From sequence record PV754031.1: 64,000 nucleotides of DNA; one strand, 5' to 3'. The position numbers and the translations under genes were made by a program. Shown here in pieces: positions 45,998 through 54,841 of this stretch. The number at the start of each line of letters is the position of its first letter. Within the stretch, counting starts at the first letter, position 1. A model generated the notes under the pieces. The model saw only the letters and a program-made list of their open reading frames with translations. It did not search any database and was not told the DNA's origin.

Positions 45998-47521
45998 ATG
46001 ATTGATACATTCATTAACTATTATGCCATGTTTATTGATATCTCTCAAAAGAACATGGTGATGGGTGGTGCGATTGGTATGGCGATTGGTGGTGTATTAT
46101 GGACCACTATCCGAGGTCTACCAAGTAAGATAGTTAGATTCACATTAAATCAATTTACAGTTAGTTTACATATCACTAATACTGGTAATGGTTTAAATGA
46201 GAAAAACTTTGACTCATTTATGGAGTGGTATATTAAACAACCATTAGCTGGATTTAATCGCCGTTTTTCAACCAACGTTGATGAGCAAAGTTATAGTGCA
46301 ACTAAACAGAAAATTGGTGTTGGTTTTGGCTTACATTTCTTTCTATTTAAAGGTAGGTTATTCTGGTTTGTAAAAGCACGTCGGGATAGTCAAATTGCCA
46401 GTAGAGATCAAATGGATATTACTATTCGAGGATTGTCTAGGAGTAGTAAACTAATTATTGATTTAGTAGATGCTTATCATTGGCGCCCAAGTGAAAGGGG
46501 TTTGACTATTTCACATTGGGACGGTAATCGTTGGGGCAATGAGATTGAAGTTACTAAACGTGACATCAATACGGTAATTCTACGTAAAGACATCAAGGAA
46601 GAATTTCTTAGCAAAATCGAAGAATTTTATTCTGATCGGAAATGGTACGATGATCGTGGATTACCGTATAAATTCACTTGTGTTCTAACAGGTCCTCCTG
46701 GTACTGGTAAAACATCTATCAGTAAAGCCATTGCTTCACATTTCAATAAAAATGTTAGTGCGCTATCACTAGCCTCGATGACTAACGATAGTCTTAGAAG
46801 GGCATTTACTACATTACCTAAAGGAAATATTCTTTTAATCGAAGACTTTGACGATACGCCGGCAGTTAAAGATCGCGTTTTAAGTGATCCAGTCAAAATA
46901 GATAAAGAGATAAAATCATTAGAAAAAGAGTATTCGTTTGTTGATCTGGCTGAAAAATATCCAGCTACATGGAATGACCTCAAAGATGATTATGATGGTT
47001 TTGCAATGGTTGGGGTGAACGATACTATTTATATTTTTAATGAAGAAGGTATTGACGAAGGCTATGGGTTAAGTGGCGATCTCCTGGCTGAATTTGGGGT
47101 TTCGAAATGGGCGGATGAAAATGACCCATTATTTACCACTATTAGGCGATGGTGGAAATTAAAGAATTTTGCGAAAAGTGGAACAGTAAATGAACAGTCA
47201 ACCAATGGATTAACTTTGTCAGCTCTATTAAATGGGCTAGATGGCATTGTTCCACTAGATGAGACTATGACCATTCTAACTACAAACCATCCTGAGAATA
47301 TCGATAAAGCACTTCTAAGGAAAGGTCGCGTTGATTACATGGTGGAGATTCCATATCTACGAGATCAAGAAGTTAGGGAGTATATTAAACTAATGTTCCC
47401 TGACTTCGATATTCCTGAAGATATCAGATTTAAAGATCAACCAGGGTGTGATGTAATGGCGGCTTTTTCAAATAACCGTTATGACCCTAATGCTTTTATC
47501 AATAGTCTATTGAAATATTAA
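45998..47521 (+). CDS. BCS1-like membrane-anchored AAA+ ATPase
   Basis: N-terminal TM, KRDINTVIL...WYDDRGLPY, GPPGTGKT, LLIED, TLSALLNGLDG, TTNHPE, ALLRKGRVD. Confidence 0.85.
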   Translation: MIDTFINYYAMFIDISQKNMVMGGAIGMAIGGVLWTTIRGLPSKIVRFTLNQFTVSLHITNTGNGLNEKNFDSFMEWYIKQPLAGFNRRFSTNVDEQSYSATKQKIGVGFGLHFFLFKGRLFWFVKARRDSQIASRDQMDITIRGLSRSSKLIIDLVDAYHWRPSERGLTISHWDGNRWGNEIEVTKRDINTVILRKDIKEEFLSKIEEFYSDRKWYDDRGLPYKFTCVLTGPPGTGKTSISKAIASHFNKNVSALSLASMTNDSLRRAFTTLPKGNILLIEDFDDTPAVKDRVLSDPVKIDKEIKSLEKEYSFVDLAEKYPATWNDLKDDYDGFAMVGVNDTIYIFNEEGIDEGYGLSGDLLAEFGVSKWADENDPLFTTIRRWWKLKNFAKSGTVNEQSTNGLTLSALLNGLDGIVPLDETMTILTTNHPENIDKALLRKGRVDYMVEIPYLRDQEVREYIKLMFPDFDIPEDIRFKDQPGCDVMAAFSNNRYDPNAFINSLLKY

Positions 47522-47544
47522 TATACTAAAAAGGAATCTGTAAA

Positions 47545-47733
47545 ATGAGTCTACTCAACATTCTAAATACCGTTGCGGCTGCTAATGGTAGGGAAGTAGA
47601 TGATTTTAATATCACCTATTTAAACGATACGGATGTGTCATCTAGTTATACCTCATTTCGATATCGGTATGTTGATGAGGATCGTATTGCACATATTTTC
47701 ATTGTTTCTGAAAAAATCGAACAGGTTCGCTAA
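47545..47733 (+). CDS. small hypothetical protein
   Basis: AAGGA RBS. Confidence 0.6.
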   Translation: MSLLNILNTVAAANGREVDDFNITYLNDTDVSSSYTSFRYRYVDEDRIAHIFIVSEKIEQVR

Positions 47734-47881
47734 TTTGTATTGTTGGCAAAACTAACTGGTTACAATGTAACTGTAAATACATGTATTTAATTTTGAAAAC
47801 ATACTGGAGTTATTGATGTATTGAGTTGAAACTCAATAATAACTCCTACTTTAATTTAAAAAATACAAAAGGAATATTTCC

Positions 47882-48535
47882 ATGGCGTCAATCATTAGTC
47901 TACCTTTTATCAAACTAGTAATCAGCCGTAATAATAATTACACTGTTAACCATCAGTCAGGTGCTGATAATGTACCTCATCTATGTGTTAAAGTAAAACA
48001 TTCTAACGGTTATGCCTGGTTCGGTATTATCATTGTTGATTATGAAAAACGTACCAGCGGTTGGACTGAAGAAGAATTTAATGCAGTTGTAACTCGTTTT
48101 CATGAAGCAATGAATTCTCAATGTGATATCCAACGATTAGAAACAGACATTAACCGACTAATGGATTCCATCCAAGATGTTGTTACCGGTCGGAAACGAC
48201 CAACCCTATTTGGTGGCGATGGTAATGACTTCATTCAAATGCATCTTCAAAATAATATCCAACTTGATATTTATCGGAATGAAATTAACGAAGATACTCT
48301 AACCTATGGTGGGTATCGTGGTAAAGTAAGTCTTCGCCATGGTTATGATGAATACAGCTTCTTCCTGTATCATCGTGGTATTATTCTAAACCATTACATC
48401 GATGCAGAGATTGCTAAAGAGTTAATTGAAGATGCTCTTGATAAGACTTTCCCAGAGATTACTTATCTACCGCTAGCCACTGTCGAACCTATAGCTGTAG
48501 AACGCACTCGTAATCGACACCAGGATAAAAGCTAA
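47882..48535 (+). CDS. hypothetical protein
   Basis: AAGGA RBS. Confidence 0.85.
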   Translation: MASIISLPFIKLVISRNNNYTVNHQSGADNVPHLCVKVKHSNGYAWFGIIIVDYEKRTSGWTEEEFNAVVTRFHEAMNSQCDIQRLETDINRLMDSIQDVVTGRKRPTLFGGDGNDFIQMHLQNNIQLDIYRNEINEDTLTYGGYRGKVSLRHGYDEYSFFLYHRGIILNHYIDAEIAKELIEDALDKTFPEITYLPLATVEPIAVERTRNRHQDKS

Positions 48536-48537
48536 AT

Positions 48538-48951
48538 ATGGCTAGTCAACTTATCGTAGTTGATTTACAAAACCCTAGAAATAAACATATATACAGTGAA
48601 TTAACTCATGAACACCCTAGAACAATAACATCACATCTAGTTGAAGAATTAGATGATTTTGATGTTCATCAATATTCATACCAAGCGGAGTATAAATCTG
48701 GGATTGATCTTAGATTAATATTCTTTTGGGATGGACCATACACTGAACCAAGAGAAGAAGGTTACGAACCAACTGATCTAGAGAAAAGGTGTGTGAAGTT
48801 GTGTAGGCAATATGAGGCTGCGATTAACGGGCAATTATCTGTAGTTGATCACTCTCGGTTCCGGACGGTGTGTACCTTCAGATCAGATAATAGTTTACCA
48901 ACAACTTTAGACTGGATTCATAAAGAACCCCCATCTAAAGAGGTTGTGTAA
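48538..48951 (+). CDS. hypothetical protein
   Basis: Tightly packed ORF. Confidence 0.75.
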   Translation: MASQLIVVDLQNPRNKHIYSELTHEHPRTITSHLVEELDDFDVHQYSYQAEYKSGIDLRLIFFWDGPYTEPREEGYEPTDLEKRCVKLCRQYEAAINGQLSVVDHSRFRTVCTFRSDNSLPTTLDWIHKEPPSKEVV

Positions 48952-49044
48952 AAAATAGTAAAAGAAATACACTATTCTATGTAGTTCCTTTACGATTGCT
49001 CTTTTATCTTAGTTTCAGTTTTGCTGAAGAAGTACCAATGAGAT

Positions 49045-49067
49045 ACCCTCCCCTGATCGGGGAGGGT
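49045..49067 (+). terminator. intrinsic terminator
   Basis: ACCCTCCCC-tgatc-GGGGAGGGT followed by TTTT. Confidence 0.85.
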
Positions 49068-49092
49068 TTTTGACATCTAAGAGGAAAATATA

Positions 49093-49473
49093 ATGTGCAA
49101 ACAACATCGTGTAGTATCTATGAAAGTTACATGCACGCAAGCTCGCTATCCGATCGGTCTGTGCGATCTCGGATTTGATAATGCTGCTGATGCTCGGCAA
49201 TATCTACTAGATGTCGTCGAGTACAATATGGATCGTCTCCACCCACAACATGCTAATACATTCCAGCTACAAAATCTACAAGACGGGTTCGTAGTATCCT
49301 ACGATATCGAAAAAGATGGATCCGTTTATCTTCGGTTAACACTGGCGGCTGTAGCTTATCAATCAATCGATCTTGAGTTGGGGGTTACCGTTAAAGAAAA
49401 TGAAGGGATCAGTGTTGTAATCAAAAATTGGATCAATGGTGATTATACTGCGGGGAACAAATACTTGCAGTAA
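49093..49473 (+). CDS. hypothetical protein
   Basis: GAGGA RBS. Confidence 0.8.
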   Translation: MCKQHRVVSMKVTCTQARYPIGLCDLGFDNAADARQYLLDVVEYNMDRLHPQHANTFQLQNLQDGFVVSYDIEKDGSVYLRLTLAAVAYQSIDLELGVTVKENEGISVVIKNWINGDYTAGNKYLQ

Positions 49474-49478
49474 TACCA

Positions 49479-49600
49479 TATGTAAAGAATACCCAAATCG
49501 GGATCTCCCGGACTATCTCCCTTCAGCGTTCCCGTCCGCAAATGAAGGTGCCGCCGAGATCCCACCTATTGATAATGCCCTCCCTTCGGGGAGGGCTTTA
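49479..49600 (+). ncRNA. candidate rod-shaped small RNA
   Basis: TATG at 49479; 62% GC core; helices 49500-07/49556-63, 49520-25/49543-48, 49526-28/49537-39; terminator at 49577-96. Confidence 0.5.
49577..49596 (+). terminator. intrinsic terminator
   Basis: GCCCTCCC-ttcg-GGGAGGGC followed by TTTATTT. Confidence 0.85.
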
Positions 49601-49639
49601 TTTCGCTTAAGCCTATTTATTTTATTATAAGGGGTGAAA

Positions 49640-50371
49640 ATGACATATATCGTAAATGATGGTAAAGTCATGATTGCAGACTGCCTATTAATTGAGCGGA
49701 ATAATGCAACTGATAGCATTGGGCGACTTCCAGTATTAGATAACGGTTATATTGATCTAACTGCTAAAGCTGAAGGTGTAGATGTATATTACAATGATTG
49801 CCACAAGATAATTTTTCATCCGACTGTTACTTGGCAAGGCAAACGTGTTAAAACTATGGCTTTTGCTGGAACTATAGATAATGTTTATGATCTATTGAAT
49901 GCCCTTACCGCAGGTGTTGATTTAGCTGATTGGTTTAAAGTTGAAGTAAATATCTTGCCAGTCATAGAACGCAGGTTGTTTAATGGTAATACTTCTATGA
50001 TGTTCACTATGGAGAATGGTGACATATATACAGTTATTCTTAAAGACATGGGTATCAACATCACCAAGAAAGATTGGGCTCATTTGGGTAGTGGTGTAGA
50101 TGCAGTTAATAGTGTACTTGAGTTTATCCCTAATTGTAATGATAATGGATCAACCAAACTAACTGCACTTGAAGCATTTGCTATTGCATGTGCACATACT
50201 ACTACTGTAAGTCGTAAATTTGATTATTACATCCATGCTACAGGTGAGTACAAGCAAAATCAAGAACTATCAACTAAACAACTAAAATGGATACTAGCGC
50301 GCATTCAAAAGCGGATGGATCTTACCCGCATTTTCAATGACCGCGAATATGCCAATAACATATGGGGTTGA
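49640..50371 (+). CDS. putative Ntn-hydrolase/proteasome-beta (HslV-like) fold protein
   Basis: AAGGGG RBS then M-T-YIVNDGKVMIAD; AFAG; AHLGSG...A; EAFAIAC. Confidence 0.55.
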   Translation: MTYIVNDGKVMIADCLLIERNNATDSIGRLPVLDNGYIDLTAKAEGVDVYYNDCHKIIFHPTVTWQGKRVKTMAFAGTIDNVYDLLNALTAGVDLADWFKVEVNILPVIERRLFNGNTSMMFTMENGDIYTVILKDMGINITKKDWAHLGSGVDAVNSVLEFIPNCNDNGSTKLTALEAFAIACAHTTTVSRKFDYYIHATGEYKQNQELSTKQLKWILARIQKRMDLTRIFNDREYANNIWG

Positions 50372-50892
50372 TTTGTATGAGTAATTCTAATATGGATATG
50401 CTATATTACACTAATGTAAATTGGGAGCAATATTTTCATCATGTGAAACAACGTGCAGATGATACTGTTAAAGTAATGTATAAACCTGAATATGAAGATC
50501 TTATTGATGAAGCATGTAGGCCATTAATTAAATGGTTTAATCAATTTACCAATGTTGCAACTATTTATTGCTGTTCAGGCCATGTTGATGAAGAAACTGG
50601 TGGTAGCCCTGGATACATTAGTCTTTTATTTAAAGATACCAATGCAGAGAATTCTGCAATGCGTTTATTGCGTGAAGCAATGTGTAAGGGGCGTGAGTGT
50701 AAGATCCCATTCGAAATTGAACTGGGGGCTTATTTCGGGCATCTACATGAGACCATTGATCAGAATCACTGGGTCGCCAATCTAGTCATCCGCACCAATA
50801 GCTACAAACGTAAAAATACGTATGATCGCTATTGGCATCGTCTTTACAATATCATAACAACATGTAATACTGAGGGTTTATACACCGTCTAA
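50362..50892 (+). CDS. TYW3-like domain protein
   Basis: IDEACRPLIKWFN...TIYCCSGH...GYISL resembles the ID..I..LN..T.SSCSG(H/R) pattern. Confidence 0.5.
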   Translation: MGLICMSNSNMDMLYYTNVNWEQYFHHVKQRADDTVKVMYKPEYEDLIDEACRPLIKWFNQFTNVATIYCCSGHVDEETGGSPGYISLLFKDTNAENSAMRLLREAMCKGRECKIPFEIELGAYFGHLHETIDQNHWVANLVIRTNSYKRKNTYDRYWHRLYNIITTCNTEGLYTV

Positions 50893-50910
50893 AAAATCTG
50901 AGATAATTTA

Positions 50911-51060
50911 ATGAATGATATTAAAAATACATTATTAGTTAGATTAGAGAGGAAACAAAAAGCTAAGCGTATAGATAAATTACAAAGACTAGGTTTATGG
51001 TTTATTCTATTGCTATGTGTATCTAATCTATTTGTCCAATTAATAAAAGGTATATTCTAA
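50911..51060 (+). CDS. 49-aa membrane peptide (not in track)
   Basis: ...LGLWFILLLCVSNLFVQLIKGIF; stop abuts the next ATG. Confidence 0.5.
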   Translation: MNDIKNTLLVRLERKQKAKRIDKLQRLGLWFILLLCVSNLFVQLIKGIF

Positions 51061-51741
51061 ATGGTAGAAAAGCTCAGTTTTGCTGATATATTTAAGATGG
51101 CTAAAGAGGAAAATGTTAAGCTTGAATTGCATTGTCTAATTGGTACTCGACCAGTTAGGGGTCTTATTAAAAGTTTAAACTTTAATTCAATCAGACCTGA
51201 TATATGTGAATCTGTTAATTTATATGTAAATGTATTTTCTAAAGTAGTAGAGGCTAGAGTAGATCTATCAAGTACTACTGCTGATTATGGTTGCTGGAGA
51301 ATGACGCCAGAAACTAAGAATTATGTAGATAGTAAATATAACTTACCAGAAAAAATTGATATCACTAATCCAGATATCGTTAGGAGTAATATTAATTATT
51401 ACCTCAGTTTACCTACTAAGGAACGCACTGAGTTATTTAATAAAATAAATAATCCTAATGTCATTGAGGCAATAAACAAAGAATGGTCTAAAATGGTTGT
51501 AGAGTATTATCAATTTGAGATCGATTCGTTTATTGGATTAATTGATTTCGATCATGTCCTTATCAGTAAGTTCATGGTATTTAACTGGATGGATGATCTG
51601 TTTGAATATGCTTTAAATATCCCATTAAAACAAACCAATACAGTAAATGAAGGCACCTGTTGCTTACTGGTTCACAAAGATAAAAAGGCAACATATACCC
51701 ATTTTACTGATATTAAAAATCTTATCAAAGTAAGTGTATAA
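51061..51741 (+). CDS. hypothetical protein
   Basis: Last plus-strand gene of the long array. Confidence 0.8.
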   Translation: MVEKLSFADIFKMAKEENVKLELHCLIGTRPVRGLIKSLNFNSIRPDICESVNLYVNVFSKVVEARVDLSSTTADYGCWRMTPETKNYVDSKYNLPEKIDITNPDIVRSNINYYLSLPTKERTELFNKINNPNVIEAINKEWSKMVVEYYQFEIDSFIGLIDFDHVLISKFMVFNWMDDLFEYALNIPLKQTNTVNEGTCCLLVHKDKKATYTHFTDIKNLIKVSV

Positions 51742-51753
51742 TTACGGCATAAA

Positions 51754-51775
51754 CCCCTCTCCGTATGGAGAGGGG
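51754..51775. terminator. bidirectional terminator at the strand switch
   Basis: CCCCTCTCC-gtat-GGAGAGGGG between convergent genes. Confidence 0.8.
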
Positions 51776-51801
51776 ATATGTCTTTATTTTTTTATTTAAA
51801 C

Positions 51802-52191
51802 TCACTTAGAAAAATCTTCTACTGGAATATCATCCAGCCAATCATTAAGTAGTTTAAATTGATGAGGGTGTTGCATCTTAGTAACTTTACCATACTTAAC
51901 ACTAACTGCTTTACCAGTAGACACGGCAAGATCAACTAGTTTCTTTTCATATGCATTAAACTCATCATACCACCGAGTATGAATAAGTTTTGCTAGGCGA
52001 TCGTAAGCCGTCTTTCGATAATGATCTTCTTGTTCGCGACGCTGTTCGTCAAGTAGTTCTTTTTGACGTTGTTCTTGCTGACGCTTTTCTTCTTCCTTTT
52101 TCTCTTTCTCTAGTCGTTTCTTCTCAGCAAAATATGATAGAACCGGTAGTTTGAAAAGTAGGCTTAGAAGTAGTTGAAAGAATTGTTTCAT
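51802..52191 (-). CDS. coiled-coil hypothetical protein
   Basis: GAGGA RBS before ATG 52191 (MKQFFQLL...); E/K/Q-rich helix. Confidence 0.75.
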   Translation of the reverse strand: MKQFFQLLLSLLFKLPVLSYFAEKKRLEKEKKEEEKRQQEQRQKELLDEQRREQEDHYRKTAYDRLAKLIHTRWYDEFNAYEKKLVDLAVSTGKAVSVKYGKVTKMQHPHQFKLLNDWLDDIPVEDFSK

Positions 52192-52271
52192 TAGTATTTC
52201 CTCAGTTTGATTAAATAGATAATTTACAAATGGCAATCCGCCTAGTTACATACTAGATAGCTGTAAGTATT

Positions 52272-52682
52272 TTAATCCGTTACAATGTCTGGATAACGTT
52301 CATCAATTAATGATTTTCTATATGCAAACTCACGCACCTCTGCTTCTAATTTTTCTTTAGTTGCATCTGTAGCACCGATCACAATAATTGAATCATTATT
52401 AATTGATAACTCTACGTCATTATCTTTTCCAAATACTAATTTAAAAACAGTATTTAATTCATCTAATTGATCTTGAACGGTTACTGTATCATCATGGATT
52501 GCCCTAGACGGTTCCTCTAATAGACCCTCTAGCACTTTATAAGACTTTATAAAAAGAGTATCATTAAAATCTTCTTTTAACCATGTTAATTCAAGTGTAT
52601 ATAAATCAACCACTCTATTAAGATTTGAAGTAGTTATATCTGTTTTCCATTCATAACCTAGATAGTTAGTTTCATTACTCAT
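52272..52682 (-). CDS. hypothetical protein
   Basis: AGGAG RBS on the minus strand. Confidence 0.8.
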   Translation of the reverse strand: MSNETNYLGYEWKTDITTSNLNRVVDLYTLELTWLKEDFNDTLFIKSYKVLEGLLEEPSRAIHDDTVTVQDQLDELNTVFKLVFGKDNDVELSINNDSIIVIGATDATKEKLEAEVREFAYRKSLIDERYPDIVTD

Positions 52683-52724
52683 TATAAACTCCTTTGATTA
52701 ATACATATTAAATAATCTGGAGTA

Positions 52725-52901
52725 TTATTTCTTTGTAATGCGATAACCAACTGACCATAAATCTATACGGACGAAACCTTTTCCCTCATGTTGACCGTAT
52801 AAACATACACGTAACATTCTATTACCTGGCTTCATATCAATTCGTGTTACCTCAAATTTATTAGTAATGTATTCTTGGATGATAAATAATAGATGACTCA
52901 T
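52725..52901 (-). CDS. 58-aa hypothetical protein (not in track)
   Basis: MSHLLFIIQEYITNKFEVTRIDM...; AGGA RBS. Confidence 0.6.
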   Translation of the reverse strand: MSHLLFIIQEYITNKFEVTRIDMKPGNRMLRVCLYGQHEGKGFVRIDLWSVGYRITKK

Positions 52902-52932
52902 TTTATATTTTCCTGATTAATGACAAACATAA

Positions 52933-52952
52933 GCCCCTCCATATGGAGGGGC
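52933..52952 (-). terminator. terminator downstream of tRNA-Thr
   Basis: GCCCCTCC-atat-GGAGGGGC. Confidence 0.75.
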
Positions 52953-53030
52953 AATATGATTTACTGAGTCTTTCGCGTTCAATCCCATCCTAACTAATAT
53001 ATTTAAGAATAGTTTAAACCTCAGTAAATT

Positions 53031-53107
53031 TGGTGCCGCCACTCCGAATCGAACGGAGGACCTACGCATTACAAGTGCGTTGCTCTACCTAGCTGAGCTA
53101 TAGCGGC
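53031..53107 (-). tRNA. tRNA-Thr(UGU)
   Basis: Cloverleaf GCCGCTATAGCTCAG...ACGCA-CTTGTAA-TGCGT...GTTCGATT...CACCA, encoded CCA. Confidence 0.97.
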
Positions 53108-53168
53108 GGAATCTTCTACATATAGTGTATATGAAAGTATTATTTTATTTATTATAATAAATAAAGTT

Positions 53169-53198
53169 ATATTCAAACATATTTAAACAGTATATCAT
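53169..53198 (+). promoter_or_regulatory. early promoter variant
   Basis: ATATTCAAACATATTTAAACAG-TATATCAT, close to the 23415-23450 promoter. Confidence 0.6.
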
Positions 53199-53254
53199 TA
53201 ACTTGATATTACTAAAAGTAATATTTTCTATTAATTGTAAATAGGATACTAAAT

Positions 53255-53392
53255 ATGAATATTGATCCAAAAACTCTTGGCATTATTATTAGCACCACTA
53301 TTGGCACCGTAGGTGCTCTTATTCTTACGTATGGTATTGCGAGAGCAGTACGTTGGAATAATAAACCTGATGTAAAAGATGTAGCAGAGTAA
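53255..53392 (+). CDS. 45-aa single-TM peptide (not in track)
   Basis: MNIDPKTLGIIISTTIGTVGALILTYGIARAVRW...; AGGA RBS, own promoter and terminator. Confidence 0.7.
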   Translation: MNIDPKTLGIIISTTIGTVGALILTYGIARAVRWNNKPDVKDVAE

Positions 53393-53402
53393 GATAACAT
53401 AA

Positions 53403-53425
53403 AGCTAGCCCATTAGGGGCTAGCT
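53403..53425. terminator. bidirectional terminator
   Basis: AGCTAGCCC-attag-GGGCTAGCT between convergent genes. Confidence 0.8.
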
Positions 53426-53449
53426 CTTATATTTATTTTTTTATTTGTT

Positions 53450-54079
53450 TTAACTTAGAGTATTATAATAAATAAATTTAGTTAATTCATCTTGTTGCTC
53501 TTTGATTATATTATTTTTCGTTTGTTTAACATTAATGTAATATTCAATAAATAACCAACGTCTATCATGTTTGGCTAAGTCTTTGAATTCAATTTTCTCA
53601 AATCGCCATGACTGTACAGTAGTCCTAATGAGATTACCGGATTTATTGATAATATACCCTTGCATGGTGTTAATTTGATCATCGATAGTAGGCGTTGGTA
53701 AAAATATCAAATAAACACCATCTGTATTTTTAGTGTGCATACTTTTTAATTTATACATCATTGGGTTAAAGTATTCATCACTTTTATGATAATCGCTTAA
53801 TTCTAACACAGCATCAATCATCATTTTAGCGCTTTCAGTAACACCAACATTTAGTAAATAATCATTAAGCTCTTTTAATGAATTATCTGTAAGTGATGCA
53901 TCTATGTGTTCTTCACTTATAGGTTCATTATAAACTAGTTTATTAATAGTTGAATTAACAATATTTAGCCTATCGATATCATAAACTGCTAGTGTTTGTT
54001 TACCAACATTTATTTTTAAGTCTTTACCTGATTCATTGATAAAATCATTTAAATCTACTTCAGTAAAATGAAAAGCCAT
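53450..54079 (-). CDS. hypothetical protein
   Basis: AAGGTG RBS on the minus strand. Confidence 0.8.
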   Translation of the reverse strand: MAFHFTEVDLNDFINESGKDLKINVGKQTLAVYDIDRLNIVNSTINKLVYNEPISEEHIDASLTDNSLKELNDYLLNVGVTESAKMMIDAVLELSDYHKSDEYFNPMMYKLKSMHTKNTDGVYLIFLPTPTIDDQINTMQGYIINKSGNLIRTTVQSWRFEKIEFKDLAKHDRRWLFIEYYINVKQTKNNIIKEQQDELTKFIYYNTLS

Positions 54080-54238
54080 TTTTATACACCTTTATGTTTT
54101 CCGTAGTGTTAAATTTTATTAACACCCGGTTTCAAGTTGAGTTATGTGTAGAACTAATCTACAAATAATATTAACTCTATGTATAATTTTACTTATAAAT
54201 AGACCACTCTATATAGAGGGGTATTAAGTCATATAAAG

Positions 54239-54340
54239 TTATTTTAGTGTGGGTCTAAATACAAACATTACGTCTACTTCATCAGTTGGGTCGACATCAT
54301 ATTCTGTCCCAGTATTATCAATCGCAACCAACATTCTCAC
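54239..54340 (-). CDS. 33-aa peptide (not in track)
   Basis: GAGGA RBS, GTG start, MRMLVAIDNTGTEYDVDPTDEVDVMFVFRPTLK. Confidence 0.4.
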   Translation of the reverse strand: MRMLVAIDNTGTEYDVDPTDEVDVMFVFRPTLK

Positions 54341-54550
54341 ATTCCTCGGTAAAGGGCTTTATGTGATTTAGATAGGCGAGTGATAAAATACCTAAATGCA
54401 CTGAGATATTCTCTGATAAATCCTTTACCTTTATTAAAATTATCACCTACATGGACCATTCAATCACTTTTATGTAGCTTGATTTCAATCAATTAAAGGG
54501 TATAACGAATGTAATGTATTTATACACGAATATAGTTATCATAAGCTCAA

Positions 54551-54841
54551 CTACTTGGGGTAAAAGAGTGGACGGAGATCAGTCTCATGGTATTCATCTT
54601 TGATATGGGAAAAGTACTTATTGAAATTATCCACACTATACGAAGTTCTAAGCCCATTTGGCCAAATCACTAACATGTCACCAACTTCGAATGCCGTGAT
54701 CATAGCCTCAAAGTCTTTTATGTTTACATGATCATTACCAAGTTTCACGAATCGACATGCACGGAAACCACATTCCCAGTCAGACGACATCCATTGACCA
54801 GCCTCAGTAATCAGCTTTGCACGAACTAATGTCTTAGCCAT
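54551..54841 (-). CDS. hypothetical protein
   Basis: Overlapping co-directional ORF. Confidence 0.75.
   Translation of the reverse strand: MAKTLVRAKLITEAGQWMSSDWECGFRACRFVKLGNDHVNIKDFEAMITAFEVGDMLVIWPNGLRTSYSVDNFNKYFSHIKDEYHETDLRPLFYPK

Noticed and set aside
47700-47815. Possible frameshift extension of ORF 47545 at an A6 run (alternative frame RTGSLICIVGKT...)
   Set aside because: Not a canonical slippery heptamer; cannot be distinguished from chance without orthologues
49015-49719. Track ORFs 49015-, 49436+ and 49513- over the structured intergenic elements
   Set aside because: They read through terminators and hairpins, lack an RBS and have atypical composition; the non-coding interpretation is preferred
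54080-54540. AT-rich gap as a replication origin
   Set aside because: No iterons or clear repeats; partly explained by small minus-strand ORFs and a hairpin
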